Source: an uncultured Candidatus Binatia bacterium
GTDB lineage: Bacteria > Desulfobacterota > Binatia > UBA9968 > JAJDTQ01
Direction of reading: 5' to 3'
NCBI GenBank assembly: GCA_965215605.1
Contig: OZ244070.1
Coordinates: 768,001 to 832,000, forward strand
Length of the DNA: 64,000 bases
In this document: positions 28,907 through 39,535 of the stretch, piece after piece
Numbering within the stretch: the first letter of the stretch is position 1
Layout of the letters: each line of letters begins with the position of its first letter
Program-made: the position numbers and the translations under genes
The notes under the pieces: model-generated
Database searches by the model: none
Told to the model about the DNA's origin: nothing
What the model saw: the letters and a program-made list of their open reading frames with translations, nothing else

Positions 28907-29902
28907 CTACTTGTCTTCCAGGCCGCGCGCCAGCTCCCGGATCTGCTTGCCGTACTCCGGCGAGTTGGGCAGGTACTTCTTCCAGGAGGACTCGTACGCC
29001 ATGGTGCGGAATTGCTTGGCCTCGTCGCCCTTGAGCTCGATGATCTTCATGCCGTGCTTGTTCACCAGCGCATCGAGCTCCTTGTCGATGAGCCCCTGGA
29101 AGTATCCCGGCGTCCACTTCTCCACCGCGACGATGGAGTCCGTAATGACCTTCTGCTGCGCCGGCGTAAGCTTCTTCCAGGGCTCCAGGCCCATGTACAG
29201 CCAAGTCCGTACCGTCCAGAAGTACGGCTTGAGCATGCAGCAGACCTGCTCGTAGAGCTTGTTCCCGAGGGTGCCGATGACCGGGGAGAAGTACCCGTCC
29301 ACCACCCCGCGCTCCAGGGCGTTGTAGACTTCCGGCCATTTCACCGTGATCATGGTGGCGCCCAGGGCCTGCCCCAGCGGCAGATAGGTCGGCGTGCTGC
29401 GCATCTTCTTGCCCTTGAAGTCGGCCAGGCCCTTCACCGGCTTCTTGGTGAAGATGGCGAAGCCCACGGGGCCCGAGGTCAGCCCCAGGAACTTCACGCC
29501 CGCCCGCTTCTGGACGATGCCGTCGAAGTACTTCGTGACCCCGGCCTCTCGAAGCTCGGCGGTCTTGCCGACGAAATACTCGAGAAAGACCCCTTCCGGT
29601 ATCTTGGCCGAATCGTAGGCGCCGGCGCCGTTCAATATGTCCAGCGTGCCCCGCTGCACCAGACCCAGCATCTCGAACGGCGACGAGATCTCGGGGCCGC
29701 CCTTCCAGTCCACCCGCATCTTGCCGCCGGACCTCTTCACGACCTCTTTCTGAAACTGCCAGAAACCGTTGTTGAAGTCGTTGTGTTTCGCCCACGCGGT
29801 GGCGCCCTTGAGCACCAGCTCGGGCTCGGCGGCCGGTGCGGCCGTCGCGATGACAAGACCCATGGTGAAAAATGCAACGATACAGCCAAGTGCCCTTCTC
29901 AT
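28907..29902 (-). CDS. dctP: TRAP transporter substrate-binding protein
   Basis: Signal peptide, DFKGKKMR, EVYNALERGVVDG. Confidence 0.92.
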   Translation of the reverse strand: MRRALGCIVAFFTMGLVIATAAPAAEPELVLKGATAWAKHNDFNNGFWQFQKEVVKRSGGKMRVDWKGGPEISSPFEMLGLVQRGTLDILNGAGAYDSAKIPEGVFLEYFVGKTAELREAGVTKYFDGIVQKRAGVKFLGLTSGPVGFAIFTKKPVKGLADFKGKKMRSTPTYLPLGQALGATMITVKWPEVYNALERGVVDGYFSPVIGTLGNKLYEQVCCMLKPYFWTVRTWLYMGLEPWKKLTPAQQKVITDSIVAVEKWTPGYFQGLIDKELDALVNKHGMKIIELKGDEAKQFRTMAYESSWKKYLPNSPEYGKQIRELARGLEDK

Positions 29903-30143
29903 GGATTCGTCCTCCCTTTCGTCGGCCCTGTTCTCCGATGCCGGGCCAGACTAGTACCCTTGCCGGAAGGCTGTCAAGGACAACTTGGCGTGCCTCCGAC
30001 CGGCCTCCGGTTCGGCCTCGAAGCGATGCCGAACCGGTTGTCGCGCGGATTTGCCCGGGACGGCGTTTCGCGGTATCGGTAGGGGCGGACGGGGAAACCG
30101 CCCTCGACAAAGCGCCGACATGCCCCGCACGGGAGGAAGTCCA

Positions 30144-30470
30144 ATGGGTACAATCGAAGAGAAGATAGGCGCGGACTACCTGCGTCTCCTGGCAGCCAGA
30201 CAACGCCTTTCCGTCCTGGACAGCGAAGCAAAGAAGATGGTCGGCAACCTCAACATGGCCGTCAGCCTGCTGAGCGGGAAAGAGACCGGCCATTACGGCG
30301 ACGACGGCAACTACCATGTCCACAATCGCCCTAATAGCGGCGTTCCGCACCGGCAGTTGACGCTGCCCACCGTCGAAGAGCTGAGCAAGGTCATCGAGTA
30401 CCGGAAGCTGGCCAAGGACGAGCTGGATTCCCTGGCGAAACAGTTCAAGGAGCTGGAGGCCAAGCTTTGA
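30144..30470 (+). CDS. Hypothetical protein (108 aa, coiled-coil ends)
   Basis: RBS GGAGG, GC3-biased codons, ends just before the tRNA 3' end. Confidence 0.65.
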   Translation: MGTIEEKIGADYLRLLAARQRLSVLDSEAKKMVGNLNMAVSLLSGKETGHYGDDGNYHVHNRPNSGVPHRQLTLPTVEELSKVIEYRKLAKDELDSLAKQFKELEAKL

Positions 30471-30483
30471 GGGATGGGGGAAG

Positions 30484-30556
<73 letters not shown>

Positions 30557-30636
30557 AGAGTTGAAAATATTGCCGAAAATCCCGGACGCGTCAACAAGGG
30601 CGGTGTGCGGGATGTCGTTTCCGGAGGTTTTTGCCC

Positions 30637-31719
30637 ATGACACTACTGTTGAGCAATGAAGAGATCGACCGGATACTGACCATGGATATGGCGCTGGAGT
30701 GCGTCGAGCGGTCACAGCGGTCGCTGGAGGCCGGGGAAGCGGTCAACAGCCCGCGGGTGGACACGCTGGCTCCCACCACCGTCGGCGAAACCAAGGGGGT
30801 CTACAGCCTCAAGGCCATGAGCGGTCTGTGGCCGGACGAGGGCATGGCCGCGTTGCGCATCAACAGTGACGTGCTGATCTGGCCGGAAGTCTCGGGCAAC
30901 GTCCGGCGCGACCGGCTGCCCTCCGCCGACGGCCGCTGGAACGGCCTGATGCTGCTGTTCAGCATGGAGACCGGGGCGCCAGTGATGATCTGCCCGGACG
31001 GGTACATCTCGCGCATGCGGGTGGGCGCGGCCAACGGCCTGGCGGCCCGCTACCTGGCCCGTGATGACGCCTCGGTGATGGCGCTACTCGGCACCGGATG
31101 GCAGGCCGGCGGACAGTTGATGGCGCACTGCGCGGTGCGGCCCATCACCGACGTCAAGGTGTACAGCACCAACCCCGCGAACCGGGAACGCTTCTGCCGG
31201 GAGTTGGCCCCGCGTGTGAAGGCCCGACTCACGCCGGTGGAGTCGGCGGACGAAGCGGTGGAGGGGGCCGACCTGGTGGTGACCGGGACCAACTCCATGG
31301 AGCCGGTCCACCAGCAGCGGTGGCTGCGCCCCGGCGTCCACTACAGCGCGGTCAAGGTGCAGGAGATGGACTACGACTTCCTGGAGACGGTGGACCGCGT
31401 CTTCCTGTTCTCCAGGAACCCCGCCAACATCCGGCCGCAGGTCTACCGCACGGAGTCCGTGGACACGCCGGAGGGGGCCGGCGGCTGGTGGGCTGAGCGC
31501 ACCACGCCGCTCTGGGAACGTCTGGAAGAGTTGCCCCGTGCCATCATCGGCGCGGTGGAGGGACGCCGGTCCGCGGAGGAGACCACGGCCTTCGTCAACA
31601 ACGTCGGCCAGGGCCTCCAGTTCGCCGCCGTGGCCCAGCGGGTGTACCGGGAGGCCGTCGACAAGGGCGTCGGCCGCACCATGCCCACGGAATGGTTCAC
31701 CCAGGACGTGCATCCGTAG
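30637..31719 (+). CDS. Ornithine cyclodeaminase/mu-crystallin family protein
   Basis: RMRVGAANGLAARYLA, LLGTGWQA, VVTGTN, GLQFAAV. Confidence 0.88.
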   Translation: MTLLLSNEEIDRILTMDMALECVERSQRSLEAGEAVNSPRVDTLAPTTVGETKGVYSLKAMSGLWPDEGMAALRINSDVLIWPEVSGNVRRDRLPSADGRWNGLMLLFSMETGAPVMICPDGYISRMRVGAANGLAARYLARDDASVMALLGTGWQAGGQLMAHCAVRPITDVKVYSTNPANRERFCRELAPRVKARLTPVESADEAVEGADLVVTGTNSMEPVHQQRWLRPGVHYSAVKVQEMDYDFLETVDRVFLFSRNPANIRPQVYRTESVDTPEGAGGWWAERTTPLWERLEELPRAIIGAVEGRRSAEETTAFVNNVGQGLQFAAVAQRVYREAVDKGVGRTMPTEWFTQDVHP

Positions 31720-32003
31720 GGACGGGGTTCAAACTTGGCTGTGTAGCGTACTTCCTACCGCCGGCCGCCGGTAACTATCTGAAAACAAATCAGTAAGACT
31801 CTCCGCTTGAAAGACTGGATGATTCGCTCACGAACAATCAACACATGGTCAACTGAGACCGGCGATTGACGCCGGCCCGGTGGTCCCCGCGCTTCCCGGA
31901 CTACCGAATCTCTCCGTCATTGAAGCACGGTCGTGCGCACGGCCCGGAAAATGAATTGGTGCCTAAGTGGTACCCAGAAGAACCCTTGCAATCTCGTCGT
32001 TCG

Positions 32004-34787
32004 TCATTGGCCGGACGTTTTACCCTCGGATCTCTCAACACGAACTTGATCCGCCAGCCCGAGATCATCCAGAATCTGCTGCAGATCGGTGTCCAAGTCT
32101 TGTGCAAACTTCGAACTGACGTTCACTGAGAAATCAATGCAGACGCGGAGGTCGTTCCCGGACCGAAGCTTGGGCAGGACTTTGGTTCCGAGCCGATTCC
32201 AGACTTCGGGGGGCACGGTTCCGGCAATCCGAATTGTTGTATTCGCTGTAGCGGGAGTCGGTACTGGATCAGTTCCCGGCTCAGGCCGTGGCTCCGGTCC
32301 GGGGGGTGGCAACGGTTCCGGTGGTGGCGGATGCGGATCTCCCGGTGTCACTTTGAGTGCTTCGGTTTTGGCCTTGGTCAGCAGGAAGACGTTCGCGTCG
32401 AACGCCACTTCTTCGACGCCGATCGACTCTGCGTACCACAGCCGGTCGAAGCCACCATCGTTCTTGGCGCCAGACGCCAGGCCGAAGTCTCCGTTTGACA
32501 CGAACTCCACGATCTTGCGGCGAAGGATCGCGTCAGGATCGATCAGGCGCGTTAGTGAGCCGTCGAGGAAGCTCTGACGCAGGCTCGTGAGCGGCCAGGC
32601 AGCAGAATCCTTAAACGCCGGTGGCCATTGGCGGTCAATGTAACCGGCGCCCACGCTCTCGTTGAGCAGGGCCTCGGCCTTCAACGCACCGATGATCCGG
32701 CCGCAAAGCGTCTCACTTGCACTGGAATGTCCGGCTCCGAGGTCGATGATCTTGAGCCCGTGTTGCTCCTGAGTGTCCGCGAGTGCCGCGAAGCGATAGC
32801 TGGCCCATACTTCGTCCTTGGCCGCTTCCTCCGCGTCCTTGGCCTTGGTCTGCACTTCGGCGCGGTCTGTGCGGTCGAACTCGGCGCCCAGGACACCCTC
32901 GGCTACTTCCCGCGCAACACGTTGCCAAGCGAGCCACAGCTCGACGCGATCCCGAAGTTCTCGCCCCTGCTTCCTCGCACACCAGACCAGCGAACCCGGG
33001 TACAGTCGTGGCGACGTGCCCCGTTCCTTCGTCCATCGGCCAACGCGCTCGACCAACTGATTGCCGTCCTGCCATTCCGACTCCGGATCGAGGACGATCA
33101 ACTTGAGCCGGGGAGAGTCCTGGATCGTAGCGCTGTCCTCCGGGAAGAACACTATCGGGAGGGTTGTGCCTGATTTGAACGCGCCCTCGACGAGCTTTCG
33201 GATGGCTGGATTGATCTCCGTTTCCTCGTCCAGCGAAGCGCGCCGATCGCTAACCACTTTCTTCAATGTTGCCTGGTGATGGATGCGATAACCGTCTGTG
33301 CCGACCTTACGAACAAAAAACGCAGATGCCTCTAGCGCCATGGCGCCGCTGTCGATGGTGGCGGTATCGACCTCGGGTTCGCCGAGCGCGAAGCGCAATT
33401 CCGGCAGGTGAGCCACCTTGTCCACCTGTCCGCCCGAGGACTCGAACAGGACCGCCGTACCCACGCGGCGGTGGATGTCGCGGAGCGCTCCCTGAGCATC
33501 CACATCCAGGGATTTGGCATGGGCCATCGACCCGGCAAGGTCGGCTTCGATAGCCACGTCAAGCCGGGCCTCTCCCAACTGGCCAAGGACTACAGCGCGG
33601 AATTCGGGCACATCTAAAGGAGCTGAGCCCAGCGTGATCAGGGGCTCGGTTCGCGCCTTTTGGAACTGCTCGCGCGCGGCCCAGGAGATCCACTGCGCCA
33701 GCATGGCGAGCGCACCACGGGTTTGCTGGAACTGGGCGAGAGCCCGCCACTTTCGTTGAAAGACCGACAGCGTCGCAGGGTGGAAGGGATAACACGCCTC
33801 AAATCGGCTCCGTAGAAACTCCCTTGCCTTGGTTTCCGTCGTCGCGGTGTCGACTGCCAACCATTCGGAGGGTAGGCGAGCAGTCCGCTCAAAGCACCAG
33901 TCCGCGTAGGTCTTCGCGACCTTCTTACGAATGCGCTCGCTACCAAGGTCCTCGAACAGCCGGCGACGCACCACTTCGCTGATCTCTGATTCGTCATTGG
34001 CGATCAAGTCCCGGGCGACGCGGCGGACCACTTTGGTGATCCGCTCCTGCCACTGCTGATCCCAATCGGTCATTTCCACTTGGCTGCGCGGCAGGCTGAT
34101 GACCGCCGCAGCCCGGGTGGTACCGGTAGCCGCGACCGTCAGGTTCTGCAGGAAAGCGTGGAAACCATCGGCCATGCTTCTGTGCCGGTTGACGAAGTTG
34201 AGCACCTCGTCGAGCAGCAGCAGCACGGGCGCGTGCGCCGCAGCGAACACTTTGGCCAGTGCCTCCGTTCCCGGCGGAGTGGTTCGTGCAGAGGACCCCA
34301 GCGCCGCGACACCCTGATCGCCTGCAAGTTGACGAGCGAGATCGATCCAGGGCGTCTCTCGACCGTCCGTCGGGTCCCACGCATTACCGACGAAGACGCC
34401 GACGCGCGCGGACGGAACTTCTGCCATCCCGACTTCACTAAGGAGCTCGGCTACGCCAGAAAGCTTGGAGGCGTCCCCACCGGCGTTGGCCAAGTGGTAG
34501 AGCGCGGTGAGGGTGTGCGTCTTCCCGCCGCCGAATTGGGTGATCAGAGTAAGGACTGGTGCGGTGTTCTCGGTTTTGCCGGCAAGACGTCGTAGGACCA
34601 TGCCGGCATGCTCCTTCAATGCTCGCGTGAAACACGTGCGCGCAAAGAACTGGGCCGGATCGCGGTAGTCCACGGGCGCCGTCTCGGCGACCACCTGCTC
34701 AAGAGCGATGGCGAACTCGTCCGGGCTGAACGAACGGCCTTCCCGCACTTCCTTACGAAGCATCACAACCTTGTACCAAGGGTCCAC
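32004..34787 (-). CDS. DUF499 AAA+ ATPase
   Basis: PWYKVV..R.EV, Y.DP..FF.RT, Walker A TQFGGGKTH, Walker B LLLLDE, YPFHP, FQQTRG.L; start codon is non-ATG. Confidence 0.92.
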   Translation of the reverse strand: MDPWYKVVMLRKEVREGRSFSPDEFAIALEQVVAETAPVDYRDPAQFFARTCFTRALKEHAGMVLRRLAGKTENTAPVLTLITQFGGGKTHTLTALYHLANAGGDASKLSGVAELLSEVGMAEVPSARVGVFVGNAWDPTDGRETPWIDLARQLAGDQGVAALGSSARTTPPGTEALAKVFAAAHAPVLLLLDEVLNFVNRHRSMADGFHAFLQNLTVAATGTTRAAAVISLPRSQVEMTDWDQQWQERITKVVRRVARDLIANDESEISEVVRRRLFEDLGSERIRKKVAKTYADWCFERTARLPSEWLAVDTATTETKAREFLRSRFEACYPFHPATLSVFQRKWRALAQFQQTRGALAMLAQWISWAAREQFQKARTEPLITLGSAPLDVPEFRAVVLGQLGEARLDVAIEADLAGSMAHAKSLDVDAQGALRDIHRRVGTAVLFESSGGQVDKVAHLPELRFALGEPEVDTATIDSGAMALEASAFFVRKVGTDGYRIHHQATLKKVVSDRRASLDEETEINPAIRKLVEGAFKSGTTLPIVFFPEDSATIQDSPRLKLIVLDPESEWQDGNQLVERVGRWTKERGTSPRLYPGSLVWCARKQGRELRDRVELWLAWQRVAREVAEGVLGAEFDRTDRAEVQTKAKDAEEAAKDEVWASYRFAALADTQEQHGLKIIDLGAGHSSASETLCGRIIGALKAEALLNESVGAGYIDRQWPPAFKDSAAWPLTSLRQSFLDGSLTRLIDPDAILRRKIVEFVSNGDFGLASGAKNDGGFDRLWYAESIGVEEVAFDANVFLLTKAKTEALKVTPGDPHPPPPEPLPPPGPEPRPEPGTDPVPTPATANTTIRIAGTVPPEVWNRLGTKVLPKLRSGNDLRVCIDFSVNVSSKFAQDLDTDLQQILDDLGLADQVRVERSEGKTSGQ

Positions 34788-34799
34788 GTTTTCCTCCGG

Positions 34800-35744
34800 T
34801 TATGGCCTTCTCATTCGTTCGAACAATTCGAGGGCCGGCTGTTTCAGGCGCGCTAGATTCGCATAGGCGACGGGGGCGAAGTCCTTGCTCGCTTCGTACA
34901 TTCGATAGCGTATGCCATCAGTAACGACCACATCCCGCGGAACGCCAAGGGCCGAGACATACCCAATTGCCTGATCGAGCGCGCCTTCAACGCCTGCGCC
35001 CAGTCGCTTAGCCTCAATCAGGTAGTGGCAGTGCTCCGGGCTTCTAGGCAGCTTGGAGAACACACACACGTCAATGTTGCGCCACTTCACCGCAATCCTC
35101 TCAACAGGCCAGCCCAGGGCGCGCAGGAAAGGAATGACGCAATGCGCAACCAACTCGTCCTCCATCGGTCGCTCCCCGAAGGCATCCTCATCCCAATAGA
35201 GGCTCGAAAGGTCCTGGACTTGAGCGACAATCTCCCGCAAATCACTAGGCGGCGCCTCAAGCTTCGGTTCCTCGGCCGGCAAGACTGGTAAAGCGCGTAT
35301 TTGCCAATCCGTCGGCGGCGACCGAACGAAGCGATTGGCATACTCGACGATGTTCCCAGCTTGGACACGCGACAGCCGAGGGGGATTAGCCCCGAAAACT
35401 GGTCCGCCAAACTCATAGGGCTCCGGCAGCGGACACCATCGCACCCGCCGACCGTGCTGCAAGTCCCAGCCGTTCACGTCATCGAACTGTGGCAGGTACT
35501 GGTACGCGGATGCGACCAATCCAACCGCACGTATAGACGAAAGGCCCGTTCGAAGCAGCAGCACGTCTCCGGTGCACAGCTCGGCGGCGAACCTTCGGAC
35601 AAACCCACCATCGAATTCCTCGTCGGACCGTTCCGAACGCCACGGCCCTGCATCACCAGGACCGATCAGTGCTACGCCGTGGTTCAAGAACTGATCGGCG
35701 TAGGACCGATCGGAAGGGCCAGCGGATACTTGCCAAATCGTCAC
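34800..35744 (-). CDS. PUA/EVE-like N-domain fused to HSDR_N-like PD-(D/E)xK nuclease
   Basis: GTG start with GGAGG; GDVLLL...RAVGLV...Y...HGRRVRW; C-terminal VIPFLRALGW..IDV..LIEAK..ALDQAIGY..VTDG. Confidence 0.75.
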   Translation of the reverse strand: MTIWQVSAGPSDRSYADQFLNHGVALIGPGDAGPWRSERSDEEFDGGFVRRFAAELCTGDVLLLRTGLSSIRAVGLVASAYQYLPQFDDVNGWDLQHGRRVRWCPLPEPYEFGGPVFGANPPRLSRVQAGNIVEYANRFVRSPPTDWQIRALPVLPAEEPKLEAPPSDLREIVAQVQDLSSLYWDEDAFGERPMEDELVAHCVIPFLRALGWPVERIAVKWRNIDVCVFSKLPRSPEHCHYLIEAKRLGAGVEGALDQAIGYVSALGVPRDVVVTDGIRYRMYEASKDFAPVAYANLARLKQPALELFERMRRP

Positions 35745-35769
35745 CGCGTCTCCTCCGAGTGCCACGTCG

Positions 35770-37456
35770 TCACCGCGGTACCGCCAACAGCATGGCGTCG
35801 AGGAGCCGCTTTTCCTGACTGCCGCGCGGATACAGCGCGGAAAGCGCGTTGGCAAGCCGTAGAAATTCGGGACCGCGATCCTGCTCGGCGCCGATGAGCT
35901 TCCGTAGTGCGTTTGCGTGGCCGCTAGCCTGCAGCAGCATGGCCGCATGCACGCGGTCCAGCGTGGTCGCATCGATCGTCTGAAGCTCGGCATCGCCGTC
36001 AAGGATCGATCTCTTTCCCCGACGCCGGTTTCTTGTCTTCGGAGTTGCGTCCAATTCAGGGAAGAGCGTCGCCTGCAGGTTGGCGTTCGGGTCGCTCTCG
36101 ATCCAATCAGCAGCGGCGGTAGCGCCGTCTCCGCCAAAAAGAGAGTTGGCTCTTTCCGCCACCGGCAGTAGGCGTACCAGACCCTTTCTTTGACCGATGA
36201 TGCGGCCGGTCCAGGTGTCGAGGTCAATGCCCATTGGTTGAGCAAAGCGACGCACGACGTCGAAGGGGAGACTGAATCCCTTGGCCGCTACCTTGGCGAC
36301 TGCTTCTTCGTTCTCGTCTATCTTGCCGTTCTCTTCTGAGGTTTCCGTGCTCTGAAGGGTCCAGAGGAACAGCGCGGTCAGGCGAGCGTCCTCTTCCAGC
36401 GCAGTGGCCACGCCGGTTGAGGCTTGGGCTACTGCCGTGCCCAGCACCTGCCGGAGCGCAGCGCGGCCCACGACTTCCCAGACTTTCTCCAAATACTCGG
36501 GCAGCCCAACCTCGCGGCCCTCAGCGGTCTCGACTGCGCGGTAGCGGCTGAACACCTCAAGCGCGGGACCGATACAGGCGAACACCAAGTCGGCGCCGCG
36601 GATGCCTTCGCTTTGAAGTCGAGTCATCCAGTCACCAACGCGCACCGGCAACTCCCGCAGCACATCGCCCCAGTCACCGACTGAGGCGTGCTCAGGCCTT
36701 GGGCGGCACACTAGGTGAACGCTAGTCGCCAGCGCTGCTGAGTCACGGGCACGCATGCGTGCCGCTCGTTCAGTCGCGATCGGCCATGACGCTGTTACGA
36801 CAAGACCCCCTCGAATCATACCTGACAGAAACGCTTCCCAGCCGTCCGTCGTCTTGTGCGCGAAAACCACGCAGCTAACTCCATCCTCGCGAAGTACGCG
36901 TCGGCCCTCAGCAAACGCCTTCGCCATGGTGTTTTCGAACCAAACACCATCTTTCACACCATTGTCGACGCACTTCGACTTGTCCTGCACCGCTTCATCG
37001 ACCTTGGGAGAAAGTGGGTTCTCCGCATCGAACGGATCGGCAAGTAGCGAGTGACCTGGTAATGCACGCTTTAACCACACAAGAAAAAAGTCAGCGAGGT
37101 CCGCATAGGGAACCGCAGCATAATATGGTGGGTCGGTAAACCACACGTGAGCCGATTGATCGGGCAAAGGATTGTCCGTCGCATCTGCAAGCAGGGGAGA
37201 GGACGGACTGGCTTGAGGTATTACAGTTGTTTCGGCATTCCGCGCCGTTGCGGTCACAATCGACGCGATAGAACCGCTTGCTAACGAAAATACATTGCTC
37301 TCCGCGAAATCCCATCCCATTGGCAACTGGTTACCTTTGAACAGGTGATCTGCGCATTCCACGCCGAGGCTCCAATTCACAAGGTTGTTGGACCGGTTGG
37401 CTAACTTCGAACAAACCATCGCCAGAACAGATGCACAGTCTGCGGAGACTGATCCA
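35770..37456 (-). pseudogene. DUF1156-type adenine DNA methyltransferase, N-terminally truncated by IS3
   Basis: TDPPYY, VFAHKTTDGW, SWPIATE, ALATSVHLVCRPR, GADL.FACIGPALE; frame stays open up to the IS boundary. Confidence 0.88.
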
Positions 37457-37523
37457 TGAGGTGGTCCTGGAAAATCGGACAGGTTGCTAAGGTGTATTCC
37501 ACCGACTTAGGGAGGGATACGCA

Positions 37524-37805
37524 ATGAGCACACGACGAAGGTTCAGCGGAGAGTTCAAGGCGAAGGTGGCGCTGGAGGCGCTGCGGGGGGACAAGACGAT
37601 CCAGGAGATCGCTGTGCGGCACAAGGTTCATCCGAACCAGGTGAGCACGTGGAAGCAGCGTGCGGTGGAGGGGATGAAGGAGGTTTTCACGAAGGGTGCG
37701 GAGCGGACGAGGGGCGACCACGAGGGGGAGGTTCGGGACCTGCACGCGAAGATCGGGGAGTTGACGGTGGAGCGGGATTTTTTGGCCAAAGGGCTCAAGT
37801 GGTGA
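37524..37805 (+). CDS. IS3 transposase OrfA
   Basis: RRRFSGEFKAKVALEAL...LHAKIGELTVERDFL; T6 run near its end is a candidate -1 frameshift site. Confidence 0.92.
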   Translation: MSTRRRFSGEFKAKVALEALRGDKTIQEIAVRHKVHPNQVSTWKQRAVEGMKEVFTKGAERTRGDHEGEVRDLHAKIGELTVERDFLAKGLKW

Positions 37806-38725
37806 GCCGGGAGAAGCGCCGGGGGATGATCGAGCCCGGCCATCCCAAGCTCAGCTTGAGCCGTCAATGCCATCTGCTTCGAGTGAGTCGATCCTCCGTG
37901 TACCACAGGCCCAAGGGCGAGAGCGCGGAGAATCTGGCGCTGATGCGCCGGATCGACAAGCTGTTCCTGGAGTACCCCTTCTACGGCAGCCGCCAGATGG
38001 TCCGCCATCTGTGGCGGGAGGGCGACCGTGTGGGTCGTCACCGGGTGCGGCGTCTGATGCGCCTGATGGGTCTCCAGGCCATCTACCAGGCGCCGCGGAC
38101 CACCCGACCGCATCCCGAGCACCGGGTCTACCCCTATCGGCTCAAGGGGGTCGCCATCGAACGGCCCAATCACGCGTGGACCGCAGATATAACCTATATC
38201 CCTGTCCAGAAGGGCTTCCTGTACCTGGTGGCGGTGATGGACTGGGCCACCCGCCGGGTGCTCTCCTGGAGGCTGTCGAACACCCTCGATGCCCGCTTCT
38301 GTGTCGAGGCCCTCTCAGAGGCTCTGGAACGCTACGGCCCTCCCGAGATCTTCAACACCGACCAGGGCAGCCAGTTCACCAGCCTGGAGTTCACCTCCGT
38401 GCTCAAGGACGCCGGCGTCGCCATCTCCATGGACGGCAGGGGCCGGTGCATGGACAACATCTTCATCGAGCGCCTGTGGCGCTCCCTCAAGTACGAGGCC
38501 GTCTACCTGCACGAGCTCTCGGACGGCTTCGCCGCCCAAAGGACCATCGCCAACTGGCTCCACTTCTACAACACCCAAAGGCCTCATTCCGCCCTCGCCG
38601 GCTCCACCCCGGCGGAGGCCTACGAACGAGGACTCCAGAGGCAGGCCGGACCTCACACCCCGCCCGCCCCTCTGCCAGTTCCATCGGAACACGAAGACGT
38701 GATAAACGGCACCTTGGCAGCATGA
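37802..38725 (+). CDS. IS3 transposase OrfB (DDE)
   Basis: PFYGSR, WTADITY, NTDQGSQF, DNIFIERLWRSLKYE, YN..RPHS. Confidence 0.93.
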   Translation: MSREKRRGMIEPGHPKLSLSRQCHLLRVSRSSVYHRPKGESAENLALMRRIDKLFLEYPFYGSRQMVRHLWREGDRVGRHRVRRLMRLMGLQAIYQAPRTTRPHPEHRVYPYRLKGVAIERPNHAWTADITYIPVQKGFLYLVAVMDWATRRVLSWRLSNTLDARFCVEALSEALERYGPPEIFNTDQGSQFTSLEFTSVLKDAGVAISMDGRGRCMDNIFIERLWRSLKYEAVYLHELSDGFAAQRTIANWLHFYNTQRPHSALAGSTPAEAYERGLQRQAGPHTPPAPLPVPSEHEDVINGTLAA

Positions 38726-38788
38726 TCGAACGTCTGGAATACACCTTATCTCCGCCGCCTACCTGTCCTACAAACCAGGACCACCTCA

Positions 38789-39371
38789 GATTGACGCCAA
38801 ATTGATCGCGAATGTCGCTGCCCTTGAGCACGAGGAACTTTTCGTCGAACTTCTCCTTGAGTTCACGCTGCCACTGAAACGCCAAGTTGGCGGGGCAAAC
38901 GACGAGAACCCTTTCAATGAGTCCCCGCAGCTTGAGTTCACGGATTAGGAGGCCGGCCATGATGGTCTTGCCGGCACCGGCATCGTCGGCGAGCAAGAAA
39001 CGCACACTGGGGAGTTTGAGGAGGTATTCGTAGACCGCTTCAAGCTGGTGGGGCAGCGGGTCCACGCGGGAGATGGAAAGCCCGAAGTAGGGATCGAACT
39101 CGTAGGCGATGCCGAGCGAATAGGCTTGGAGGCCGATCCGCAGAAGCCGCCCGTCGCCGTCGTAGGAAAGAGCGGTATCGGCGATGGTCAGGTTTGAGAT
39201 GTCATCCGAGGTGAGCGTGACGCGGCGGAACTGCTCAGACCGCAGACCAACGAGGCCCGCGATCCAGACGTTGGGACCGTTTGGGCGAACCGTCTCCACC
39301 TGCATTGGCTCGCTGAACAACGGTCCAGTCAGAACTTGACCTTCCCGGATAGTCACTTCAGCACTCAACAT
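38789..39371 (-). pseudogene. SNF2-family helicase, N-terminal part only, truncated by IS3
   Basis: VDPLPHQLEAVY, RFLLADDAGAGKTIMAG, LVVCPANL..QWQREL; ends at the IS inverted repeat. Confidence 0.9.
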
Positions 39372-39535
39372 TGACTCCTTGTTCCCAGCCGTTCTTGCTG
39401 GCTGCCGGCACGAATCTCCGCCGCCGTCACCGTCGAAACGAAAAGCTCCCACGTCGGCCGCTGCTACAGCCAGGCCAGAGTATCCGAATGCGGGTCATCG
39501 CGCATCAGTTCGGAAGCGGCATTGGTGTCAAGAGG

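Larger units (their letters stand above)
37457..38788 (+). mobile_element. IS3-family insertion sequence (1332 bp)
   Basis: Terminal IR TGAGGTGGTCCTGG / CCAGGACCACCTCA; orfA + orfB; no target-site duplication. Confidence 0.95.

Noticed and set aside
35745-36245. N-terminal extension of the 481-aa ORF 34800-36245
   Set aside because: Overlaps the DUF1156 gene in another frame; a GTG with RBS at 35744 is the better start.
38487-38788. C-terminal part of the 321-aa helicase ORF as a novel domain
   Set aside because: It is read-through into the antisense strand of IS3 after the truncation point.
32004-39371. BREX or DISARM system
   Set aside because: No PglZ, BrxL or DrmA/DrmB recognisable; DUF499 + DUF1156 + SNF2 fits the restriction-like family better.
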